From Phoronis australis (taxonomy: Eukaryota > Animalia > Phoronida), in contig NMRA01000001.1 in the NCBI GenBank assembly GCA_002633005.1, forward strand, positions 4,333,180 through 4,397,179: a stretch of 64,000 nt of DNA. Direction: 5' to 3'. Below, in pieces: positions 11,615 to 23,800 of this stretch; position 1 is the first letter of the stretch; the number at the start of each line of letters is the position of its first letter. Under the pieces are notes generated by a model that worked only from the letters and a program-made list of their open reading frames with translations, made no database searches and had not been told where the DNA came from. Both the position numbers and the translations under genes were made by a program.

Positions 11615-13130
11615 ACAGTTCAGATTGAATGAGCAAGTCAAGCGGGTTAGTTAAAGGTGCCTAGTGTCCGTCTCAATGCTTATGCAAAGGAGTACTGCAG
11701 GGATCCGTTTTGAGGCTTCTTCAGTTTTCAATGTTTTCATCAATGATACTTTTTTTACTTCTTATCCAACCATTGTAAAATTTTGTACAAATATGCAAAT
11801 GGCGCCTTAGTATACTGACCATAATATCAATGGAATTCGGGGTAAGTTAAATGACGTTGGTTGCTTGACTAACAATATCAATAGCATGGAAGCAAATCCA
11901 CTAGGTAAATTCCAGGTGTCTGTCCTCTCGAGAAACTGAAACCGGTTGAAAAGGATGAGAATTGTCTCTTAGTAAACGATATTGTGATTATATACTCGAG
12001 ATTTGTCGAACTTCTTGGTGTTTCTCTAGACTATAGATTAAACTTTAACCAACATGTATAAAAATATAAGCTGTATGTGTCCTAATTCGTGTTCGTCATT
12101 TTTTTAGAGGAATCCTCCAAGCTTATAATTTTCACGCACATGTAAAATCCTATTTTAATCACTGTTCTTTGACGTACTTTAATTATCGAATCTACGATAA
12201 GCCCACTGAGAAAGCCCAGTACCGTGCATTACGCTTTGTGTACCGACGTACTTGTCTTCCTACCCATTACCACTGAACTTGGCCAAATTTGTGCAGTTGA
12301 GATGTAAAATCTTATAAACAGAAGTATTCGAGAATGTCAACAGACTTGGTCCAGGTATCAGGAAACTCTTTCAAGCTAAAAGGATACTAAACACTGTTTT
12401 GGTGATTTTAACCAACCCTCGTCATCACCTGTTAATGCACCATTGTCTCATTTGAGATATAAATGCTGAATTCAAATAAAAACACACATTGTCTGTGTCA
12501 AAATTCGATATTGCGGTTCTTGGCGGGTGTGTTTTCCTTAACAGTTGTTGTGTAACTAGCGTAGGTCGCGCTTGCCCGTTTAGCAGACTTCGAACGCCGG
12601 TTTTCAAACTTTGCTCCAAACTTCTGAGGGATGTCCAGGGTTACAACTCATCATTTTCTTTTAGAGAACTGGGTGAGAAAGTCGTTTTTAATATCTGTTA
12701 AAAGGTCGAAGTCGGGTTTGGTATCCTTTTAAAGTTCACCACTGCGCCTTACGAAATGAGAGATCTCTCGTGCTACCTGACGCCAAATGCCAAAATGATC
12801 AAAACTCCTTGGACTATGAAGAAGTAAAACTGTGGAACTGTTCGATCTAAGGCACATTTATGGAACGAAGGAGTTCTCACTGGCTAACTCAACTTCACAA
12901 GGATCTGCAAATGAAATAGCTGTGGAATTTGCAGAATGTTTCCATATACATTCAATTTTATGACCTGCATACTCATCAGGTCATTTTTTTTCTTTAAGTG
13001 TTTCCTAAGATCTGTACAACGATGGCAATTTTATAAATCATTTTAAATTATTTAAATTAGTTGGCCGTAACTAGCATGCGAGTTAATGTTAATGTAGTGT
13101 GTATCTTGATCCGATTTTCAATAAAGTTTA
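11615..13130 (+). mobile_element. Highly decayed CR1/L2-type LINE 3' portion, interrupted by a Kolobok-like MITE (~12377-12732)
   Basis: Remnant RT motifs GVLQGSVL..., FNVFIND, ANP..KFQ and LLGVSLDYRLNFNQHV, with many frameshifts. It ends with aataaa followed by a (CTG)n tail. Confidence 0.65.
12377..12732. mobile_element. Kolobok-like MITE copy 2
   Basis: taaaaggatactaaacactgtttt...gggtttggtatccttttaa, homologous to 7927-8247. Confidence 0.7.

Positions 13131-13131
<1 letters not shown>

Positions 13132-13188
<57 letters not shown>
13132..13188. repeat. (CTG)19 microsatellite
   Basis: Perfect CTG run. It produces the spurious poly-Cys ORF 13061-13291. Confidence 0.97.
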
Positions 13189-13189
<1 letters not shown>

Positions 13190-14822
13190 AATATAAATCT
13201 CCACCTTAGGCTCATTATGAAGAACAATCCCACAATGCTTTTAGGGTTCTATATCTTGACAGTTTTGACCTCCAGATCAAACTGGACTTGAACTGCAGCC
13301 TCCGACAATACAAACCAAGGTATTCCACAAGTTTAAGAAGACCTACATTGATCACTAAGTGTAATTTGCAAGGAAACTGCCTATTCCGACGAAAATGGGA
13401 TCCTAATGTTTGAACGAATTTGTTGCTGGGATACTGTGGCTACAAAGCGATATCACGTCTCTAATTAAAGTTATTTAACTATGTTTGTACCAGGTGTTGC
13501 AACACGCTTATTGTAACGATAATTGGAAGCGATGTCATCTTCTTGCGTATGGCATTTGTGCCGTGGTGTGCAGGAACACAATGAACAAAAATGACGTAAT
13601 TAGAGCTTTCTCTGGTTCAATGACTTTTCCAGACTATGCCAGTTCAGAACGTCTGGTAGCATCTGGCTCCTTAGTTAACTGCTGGGCACAGTCTTTTGTC
13701 TGGTATGACAACATGCAGGACAATTCAAGGAGTTACTGAAACTGCAATGCCTTCAGGCAAAATAGATTGTCTTCTGTGCTTGGAATCAGTTGATGAACGC
13801 TATTGTTACAGAGTGCCGTTTTGCATTGTGGGTAACATTTTTGTTCCTGCACACCATGTCACAAGGCCAAAGGGCCATTTTCTGCAAACATTCTTTATTT
13901 ATACGTTTTTGAAACAATAACAGACTAGACCACACATTTATTAGAACACCATTCAACAAAATAACAATACCTTACAAATTTTATGAAATTTAGACATAGC
14001 ATGACCTCATGCATTTTACACTTTAAAAGAACATTATTTTTTAAGATGTCTTTGACTAACTTGGCATATTCTGCTCACTACAACAAGCATTGTGACCCTT
14101 ACCAAGAATAATGGCATGAACATAGAAACTTTTGAAACTGAAAGAGGAGCAAGGAGTAAAGGTCAGGTGGTCTGAGTGAGCTGTGTAGTATGGCTTTGTC
14201 GCCTGACTGGTAACATCCCGAGTGAAGAATTTTTCATCAATTTCGTTTTTAAAGAAATTGAATTGGAAGTTTCAAAATACATTTCAAAGTAAATCGAATA
14301 TGCCAAATTTACCAAATTTACCTAAAAGAATGTAAATTTTCCCCTTAAATGACACCAGAATTGACCTTCATGCAGCTTTTAGTACACGATTTCATGAATA
14401 AATAATAATTTTCACCACTTCGCTAAAACTACACGAGTGGAAAAATTCCATTGATACTTAATAGACTTATTTAAATTTTAAAGCCAAAGCAAAACAATCA
14501 AAAATATTTATTTTGAAAGCTGAATACCTGAAAGACAAACCTCTTCAGATGAAGTGTCAACTGACTGGGCACTGCACACACTCTTAACCCATCTGTGACA
14601 TCATTACCTGACTTCCAACTCCAGAAAAAACTGAGAGCTTATGTCCTTAAGAATACAAATCACCATTGTTTTGTTCTGGAATTGACCTAATTGTTGGCAG
14701 AGTACTGTTAGGATCCTAACATAAAGCACAATTTTGAAAAGTCTGACATCAGACAAAACGAATTACCATTAATCAGTGAACAGAAACCCAGGTATCCTAT
14801 TTCGGATTACCTGTTATAGTTG

Positions 14823-17800
14823 CTAGGCAACTGAGAACTTGAACCAGGTGGTCTGCTTGTACTCGTCGCCAGGGCGGATAACTGAATTTGGAAAGGATGG
14901 CCTGAAAGGAAACAATCTTCTGTCAATGGATAGCTTAAAGTATTTCACTTGTATCAGTGTGTTTCAAAATCACATAATGAGAAAAAAGGAAATCAAATAA
15001 CCTCCACTACAGAAGAAAATCATCTTTCTTTCTTCAAATTTTCAGTATCACTGCATTGTAAGAGATTTTACCAAGACTGAGAATTTCCAATTCTGCACTG
15101 TATTTTAATATTGACAGCAAAAATGAGCCACAAAATCAGTTTCATGACTTAAGTAATAAAAGGGTGAATAATGGCAGCTAGGGAGTCCTGAAGTAGTGAT
15201 AATATTTCACAATATGTATTCAGAGATTATTGGTGGACCTGAGGTTATGAGATAATGAACATTTCACAATATGTATTCAGATATTACTGGTAGACCTGAA
15301 GTTATGAGATGATGAACATTTCACAATATGTATTCAGATATTACTGGTAGACCTGAGGTTATGAGATAATGAACATTTCACAATATGTATTCAGATATTA
15401 CTGGTAGACCTGAGGTTATGAGATGATGAACATTTCACAATATGTATTCAGAGATTACTGGTGGACCTGAGGTTATGAGATGATGAACATTTCACAATAT
15501 GTATTCAGATATTACTGGTAGACCTAACGTTATGAGATAATGAACATTTCACAATATGTATTCAGAGATTACCGGTAGACTTGAGGTTATGAGATGATGA
15601 ACATTTCACAATATGTATTCTGAGATTACCGGTAGACTTGAGGTTATGAGATGATGAACATTTCACAATATGTATTCTGAGATTACTGGTAGACCTGAAG
15701 TTTTGAGATAATGAACATTTCACAATATGTATCGAGATTACTGGTTTACTTGAGGTTATGAGATAATGAGCATTTCACAACATGTATTCAGAGACCACTG
15801 ATAGACCAGATGTTATAACATAATGAGCAATTTACAACATGTGTTGAAATTACTGGTAGACCTGAGGTATGAGATAATAAGCATTTCACAATATGTATTT
15901 TGAGATCACTGGTAGACCTGAGGTTATGACATAATGAATGTTTCAAAATATTTTTTGTAGTGGAGATTACTGGTAGACCTGAGGTTATGAGACAATGACA
16001 GTAAACATTTCACGGCAAATGTTCAGAGATGACAGGTAGATCTCCTGAAGTTGTGAGATCGTAGTCATTCACAAAGCATGAAATAAGGTGACATGTGATA
16101 TGACAGGCCTCACCTGGTTGATGGCATTAGGAAAATTCTGAGACTCCAGAGCCACTGCAGAATGCTTGTTGTAAACAGCACCTTCTTTCCCTTTGACGTT
16201 CTCCACAAAGTTTGCTGTGTACATGTGGACTGCAGGCTGGGTAGAAAATATATCCACCACACGACCAGAAGAGGGGGCCTCAAGTCTATAAGACACGATG
16301 CAGATTCCAGTTTGTCACATTGGTACACACGCATCTGGGTTACACTTATGAGTTCCTTGAAGGATTGGATTTTAGTAATATATTTACCTTAGACCTGACC
16401 ATGGATCGAAGCTGTGTTACATAGATGCAAAAATTTTGCATGTAAAGCATGTGTGTTTCACCAGTAATGGATAGTGATATCTTGAGAAGTAGTGAGTTAT
16501 CTTGCATTTTCGCAAAGTTCTCACATCTATAGAATGCAGCCCTAGCAAATTGGAAAAATAGACAACGAATTGAATTCAACAAAAAATGAAGAACTTTGAA
16601 GTGAGATTGATGATAAAAGCAAGATCACCAACGAATACGATACTCATGACACCAGCAACAACCAAGACACCATCAATAATGATGGAAATGACAACAATGC
16701 TGATGATGCCATCAGCAAATCTAGGACACAAGCACTGACGCAACTACACATAGACAAGGGTATGGTCCAGAAGGTCACCCTTGTCTTTAGCATGAACCAA
16801 TGACAAACCCAGAGTATGTACTGGCTTGAAGGCCACATCAATACAATCTTCTCACAACATGTGCGCGCACTGTTCCGAAGTTCCTTGGAGGCAAGGGATA
16901 GATAGAAAACCATCCTGTTCTAGTTCCTTTGATTGCCAACATCTATTCACCTTGTTGAACATCCAACAGGGTATCCACAGCATCATAGCTTCTTCGATCT
17001 GTTCACGCTTGGGAACTATGTCGTTGTTGTCCGCGACGGCCTGATTACACCTGTCAAGCAGAGTCCGTACCACACCTATCTTATGACATAGGGGGAGGTG
17101 TAAAGAGAAACAGAAGCAACCAACGGAATGACAACAGACCGATCTATTCCTTATGCCCAAGGAACTTCGAAACAGTGCACACGTATTTTTCAGAAAATAA
17201 TATTGATGTGGTCTTATTACAGAAACAATGACACCCTCCCACTTTAGGATAGATACAACATATTGTGTGCCACCTAGTGGCCGTTAATATTTTTGAGTCG
17301 CATTTTTGGCGTCTGCCTCTCTAAACAACAAACCATTATAAATATCATTATGAAAATTAGCACTGTTCCTATTAGGAAGAGCACAGCTGATGATGATTGT
17401 CAAACAGCTCTGACTTCTGTGGCACTTCTCTGAAATGTCGAGGGTTCCTCGAAGGATTTTCATGAAGCATGGCAAATAGGCTTCTATAAAAGTGACAACA
17501 CCTTCCAATAAGTCACTATCATGCAGACAACAGCACTCGCCCAATTTCAGATGGGTTTGGCTTATACTACGCTCCCTAGTGTTTTCAATATTTTTTGTAT
17601 TCTATGTCGTCTGCTCCCCTATCCTCCAGACTTCGTGAAGAATCATGAAGAAAGGGGGCAGGTGTGTTCTTAATGAGGAGTGCATTTCTGACTTCCTGTT
17701 AAGCTTACTAGCATTGCTCCATTTAGAGGGAATGCTTAAAATAATGATCACCTCTTGTATCTGCATTGTATACGGTGTCGGTGATACACTTGTTATATTC

Positions 17801-20800
17801 CATATTGTCTACAATGTTCGGGAAAAAATATTGCTTATAACTGGCAGCTGTTATCACTGACGCCCATCTCCGTCTGCTCCCAAATCCACAAACAAAAGAA
17901 GCCGGTCATTAATGTCCAGACGTTGTGGGAAGTGCCTATCATAATCCCAACTGGTAAGAAGCAAGCATTGTTGCCAGTTGGGAAATGCAATGACATGCAT
18001 AATTTCATCATGATCTGTTAAGAGATTGAGAAATTTGATGGAAAAATTATGGTAACGAAGCAGAGCAAATTGACGGGGGATAACGATTATACACTTCATT
18101 TTTTTAAATGGATATGGAGATAATGGGTCTTCTCATTAGCCTCGGGAGACAGAGAAAGATGGATAAGATATACCTCTTTGAACAACACATACAAGTGATT
18201 CACAACTTGAAATTTTCACCAGTCAAAGCAAAATTCAGCGATTTAAAATTGGAAAACTCTAATAACATGTCATTAAGAAACTTTTCAAGTGGCTTTGTCG
18301 TACTAAACTGGTAAAATGACCTACCGGTAAATTCCGCAGAAATGAAGAATAAAATACTAAAGGAAAGGTTCAGGTACAGACAAATATGCTTTGAAAACTT
18401 AGCAAAATGGTTTCCCTAAGCAACTGAAATAATGCCCCATTATTAGCGAATGCATGTAGACAGTGTAAACAGGTTCATTAAATAGATATTTAATAAAACT
18501 TGTTAAATGTGAACAATTCTGATCATTCAAAATAATGCTTAGAAAGCCTATTAAACTTAGTTGAGGTCACTACAAAAGGTTCAGAATCAGCAATTTTACA
18601 GGTGAGTGAAAAGTGACACAAAAAGTCAGATTTCATTTTTAAAACAATGGTTAAAATGAAAAATGAAGTTACTTTCTAAGATATATCAACACATGAAGCA
18701 ACTGCACACATCAAATTTTGTGACATGCCAGTGATCCTGTATAGTCTACCAACAGTTACCTGGCAATGTGTTTCTTCGTGTGCTCGTTTCCCACCTGGAA
18801 GGTATGGTCGAAGCCTTCATAGCCAGGAGCCCCCATGATGTGCTGAACCCTGTCACCAAGCCTCACAGGTTTTTGAAGGTCAAACAGCGTGCCATGGACA
18901 GGCGCAAGTTCACCTGCAGAAAAATAACCAAATGATCTATTCAAACATCCTAGAATTAGGTATGCACTGAAAATAAAATGAGACTTAGTATTTAGCGAGC
19001 AAGTAAACCAAAGTGACAGTGAGTGTAGATTTACGTAAGCCACCTTGAATACAAGTAGCACACCATGATGCAGAGATTACATCAACAACAACAATACTGA
19101 GGCTCAGTAAACTGACTACAAGCCAAAGCAAAACGTGTTCCTTCAAACAGTCTTTATCATGAAAGGTGCATTTCACCCTGACTAAAAACAAATATCGACT
19201 TCAGCCTTTGACTATCAAAAATCAGTAACAAGAGCATCAAAAACGAGAAAACGCTTCAGAGTCCTTTGGCATTGGCCAAAATGCGACTTTAAAAATGGTG
19301 CATATACGTACTGCCTGTGACTCCAGATGGTAACAGAAATAGAATCTTATCATGATAAGGAATATTTTGAGACCATAGTCTTTTATCAGATTAAAAGGCA
19401 TAATTTGGTTTTCAGTTTTTTTAGCCAGAAAAACCGGGCAAAATACATCATTAAATCAAAGTGATCTGAGAAGCGGAATCGATAGAGACAGCAAGGACAA
19501 TGAAGGCAGCAACCCCAAAGACAACAAGGCCAACAATGACCCCAACAGTAGCAACACCACAAATGACAATGAAGTCATCTGATATCCATGAAATGACAAT
19601 TACGCCACTTGACATCCATGAAAGATTAAAACAAAACACAAAAACTAAATATGCCACTAGGAGGCTTAGAACACAACTTGGTAGAGTCAACCTTCACAGC
19701 TTTTACCACATTTCTTGAAACGTTTGTTGGATATGGGGGGCAGACGTTCAGAGAGGATGACAACATGCATCCACGCTTATATAAGGAGCTTAAATAATAA
19801 GTCATCAGAAACTCTGTTTTATCTTGAGAATGATTCGGAGTGACACACCTATAACACATTTCTCCTAGCACTTGACAAGATCTATTCAACTTTCAGAAAG
19901 ATCTGTCTACAAAAGCTAGAGTACAGCTATGAAAATAGAAAATTGGCCGCCACAGCATCACCTTGTGATGAACATAAACCAAAAACATTAAGCCTAGAGC
20001 TATTGTCAAGCCACACAAATTAATTTCATGTTGATCACACTTGTAGCATACGAACAAACATGCAAACAGGAAAATTTGACCACCCTTGGCAAAATTCACG
20101 TAAAATATGAGCGAAAACATATTTCCAAAATTGGTTTAATGGCTAACTTGGGCTGCAAAAAGCCGGATTATTAAAAGTGAAATGTAGCTTGCGTGAGAGC
20201 AACTGCAGGAATACATACAACTATACCTGAAGGTAAGTCTTCACAGTATATCTACTACAAAGCATGGACACCATGTGGTGGTAGTGCATACAACTATACC
20301 TGAAGGTAAGTCTTCACAGTATATCTACATAGGCGGATTTAGGGGGGGGCCCAGGGGGCCCGGGCCCCCCCCCTTGGCTGCCGCAAAAAATTAAAAAGTA
20401 AGAGCGCAGGGAAATGTTGAGCTTATTAATTAACCCCGGTAATTAAAATTATACGGATGAAAAAATATTTAAATGTGTGCAGTTTTAGTGTTGGGGGGGG
20501 GGGGTCAAATTTCAAGTGTCAAATTCGGAACACGGCGCATTCGTAACGGAACTATGGCTAAGTATAGGCTCTCCCGCGATATCCCAGGCGACCGGCAGTG
20601 GCGCTGCGCACTACGACTCCGTTTCCGTCGTCTGCTCCACTGTGCAATGAAGAAAATTTACTTCATTTTTTAAAGAAAATGGAACCTGAGTGACGATGAA
20701 AAACAGAAGCTGCTGGTAAGGTGTGAATTTTAATCGAAGCCTTTGTGAATCACTCAGAAACTCGCAATACTCTCTTTGCCAAACCTTATCTTAAGACGAT

Positions 20801-23800
20801 TTCCAAAGCAATCCCGTCATTATTGCCAACACGAAAAACGGATTTGGTCTTTTTGGCATTTGAAGACTATTTTAAATACGACAAATTTGTTAAGAATCGA
20901 TGGCACAAAATATAAAAGTGTAATAAGCATTACAAAAAGAAGTAGGTTTCGCGCAAACGCTGTGGACCATAAACAAGTAGGTCTCTTAGTATGAGATTAG
21001 TAGTTAAATCGTGGTGGTGTAGTGGCAACACACGCGCCCACTAATCACCAGGTCGTGAGTTTGAGTCTTTGCTACTTGCAGTTTTTCCTGTTTGACACGT
21101 TCTCCGTTTTTTGCCTTTTTTCGTGAATAATACTTCAGGAATCAAGGAAAATGCTTGATTTTTAGAGATAAAAACAGAAAAATTTCCCGCGCGGGAGGGG
21201 GGCAAACCCCCTTCCCGACCTCCCCCCATTCGGTGCTATGCGCATCTACAATCGTGGTTCAGTTTACGCAAATTCTTACAGCCGGACAAAATGTTGGGCC
21301 CCCCCCTTGTGATATCCTAGATCCGCCACTGATCTACTACCAAGGAATGGACAACATGTGGTGGTAGTGCATACAACTATCCTTGAAAGTAAGTCTTCAC
21401 AGTATATCTACTACCAAGCATGGATACCATGTGGTGGTAGTGCATACAACTATACCTGAAGGTACATTAGTGTCCGTCTTCACAGCATATCTAGTACCAT
21501 GTATGGTCACCAGGTGGTCGTACACTGTTGGAGTATCCTGCAATGTTAATCCTCAACAATGAACTTTAAAAATGACATTATAAATCTCTCAAAACACTTT
21601 GGAAACCAAAATTCGACTGTTAACATTTTTGCTATAATTCCTAATCTAATTTTGAACAGTGTTTCACACCATCAGAAAGTTTATTCATTCTTCTTTCAAA
21701 CAATCATTCTTGTCATCACAAATCCTTTTTAGATTTTAAATAAGCTGCTGTCAAATAGTTTTAGGTATGACAGTCATAGTTGCAAATTTGGGCTTTGTTC
21801 ACAAGAGACCTCGAAAATGTTTGGAAATTGTGTAACTGTTGATATTTCTGTGTAAACATTTAAAAGGTGTGAACGTAAAAGTTGCAGATTTGGGGGTCCT
21901 AAGTTTATCAGACATCCTATCAACAGGGTTTATTTCCTAATTCACTGGGTTTTTCATACACATCAACATTTCATTCAAGGAATTGTTACAAATATTACCG
22001 CTATCCAAATTAGTACTACGCATGAGACAGTGGAATCTATAGAGGATTGATGGTCTTTGTGTGTTCACTTTTGAAGGAAACTGATCCACTACGTAGGTTT
22101 ACTGTTATAGAATTATACAGGAATTCTCTCATAACAATATACTGTTCTTAATCAATGTTTAGCAGCAATTTTTTTCGGCTAAGTCACAGCAAAACTGAAG
22201 TTTCGAGTCTTCAAAAGCATGCTACTTAAAAACTGAGCGAAATAACTTTTACTGGGTGACACCATGAGAGGATACTGTAAAATAGTTACAGAATTGTGCA
22301 TGAAAATGTCTTAGATTGGAAAAAGAGAGAACTCTACAAAACCAACTTTTAGGCCCTAAAATGGTAACAACACCACAGCCAGTCAGGAGTGATCATTGCC
22401 AGTTGGAAACACAGTGACATAAGTGAGCCAAATCTCAGAACTAACCAGTAAAATCGAAGAAGGGTGACCAGAACAAATCATTCAGCCAGTTTTTAAAGAA
22501 CTTACATGACCAGTAAGATTGAAGTAGGGGTGACTGNTTCAAGTCCCATGCCGTGATAAAATTTGGCGGTGTTTTGCTCTTTACTCAGTTTAGAAGCGAT
22601 CTATCGACTCAATATTTTTTCAAACCAAGCTCAGAAAGTGTTTTGGTCGCGGAATGACATGAAATATTATGAGTATGGAGGAAGGAAGAGGGAGGGAGGG
22701 AGGGAGGGGGAGGGGGAGAGGGAGAGAGAGAGAGAGAGAACCTATTGCTTAATCAGATATAAATATACAATACAAAAAAAAGAAAAATGCATGAAATAGC
22801 GCTTATACAAACAAAAATACAATAATAACAATGCTATCACATATGTACATATTTATTTTCACTTAAATGGCACATCTTGTACAATCTGTATCCCTTCCTT
22901 ACAACTGAAGCATACATTTTCAAAATTTTTACAAAAAAGATTTGGAGATATACATGGTTCAGTTTGGAAAACCACTTAAATATTGTAAAAATCCCAGTCA
23001 CTAGGAAGTCGCTACAGACACATCTGAGCACGCATTCAAATTTTTGTAGGAAATAAACAAATGGGTAGTCAGAATTGTTGACAGCAAAAACCGAAATAAA
23101 ACATTCTTCACAAACGTGTCCTGATTGTCTGCCTTTCACTCAGGTAGTACATGAGCGTGCACGGGATGTTGGGCCCAAGGAGGAAATTGGCCATTACCAA
23201 GCAAACAATGAACCCCAAGTTTTCTGTTCAACTAAAAAAGGAACCCCGGGTGGTACCGAGTGTTCGAGAAGACATCTGCTGACTTTGCTTGTTCTTCAAT
23301 TCAGCTACAATTCTATGAACTCAGATATCCCATATTTAATTTTTCGCTGCTAGCAACTATGCCCTCATTTGTAGGGATCAGGACGTTTACACCCTTACAT
23401 AAGGGTTTTCCTTGTTTGGCAGGCTTACTTCCCCTATGGCGACCTGGGACTAAAGAGTAGACAAGAAGTGTAACCTGTGATTGGAGAGTAGACGAGAAGG
23501 GTAATCAGTGACTGGTGAGTAGACAAGACATGCAGCCCATGACTGGAGAGTAGTCAAGAAGGTAACCCGTGACTGGAGAGTAGACGAGAAGTGTAACCGA
23601 TGTATGAAAAAAGCACAAGAAGGTAACCCATGACTGGAGAGTAGACAAGAAGTGTAACAAGTGACTGGTGAGTAGACGAGAAGTGTAACCAGTGACTGGT
23701 GAGTAGACTAGAAGTGTAACCAGTGACTGAAGAGTAGATGAGAAGTGTAGCCAGTGACTGAAGAGTAGACAAGAAGTGTAGCCAGTGACTGGTGAGTAGA

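Noticed and set aside
13061-13291. Poly-cysteine ORF
   Set aside because: It is a translation of the (CTG)19 microsatellite at a LINE tail.
15200-16060. Regular repeat arrays (also 23455-24230) as possible CRISPR arrays
   Set aside because: The units are contiguous with no unique spacers, there are no cas genes, and the context is a eukaryotic intron. They are minisatellites.
19451-19718. Hydrophobic or Thr-rich ORFs in a GALM intron
   Set aside because: Low-complexity (ACA/CAA-rich) degenerate repeat with no splice or homology support.
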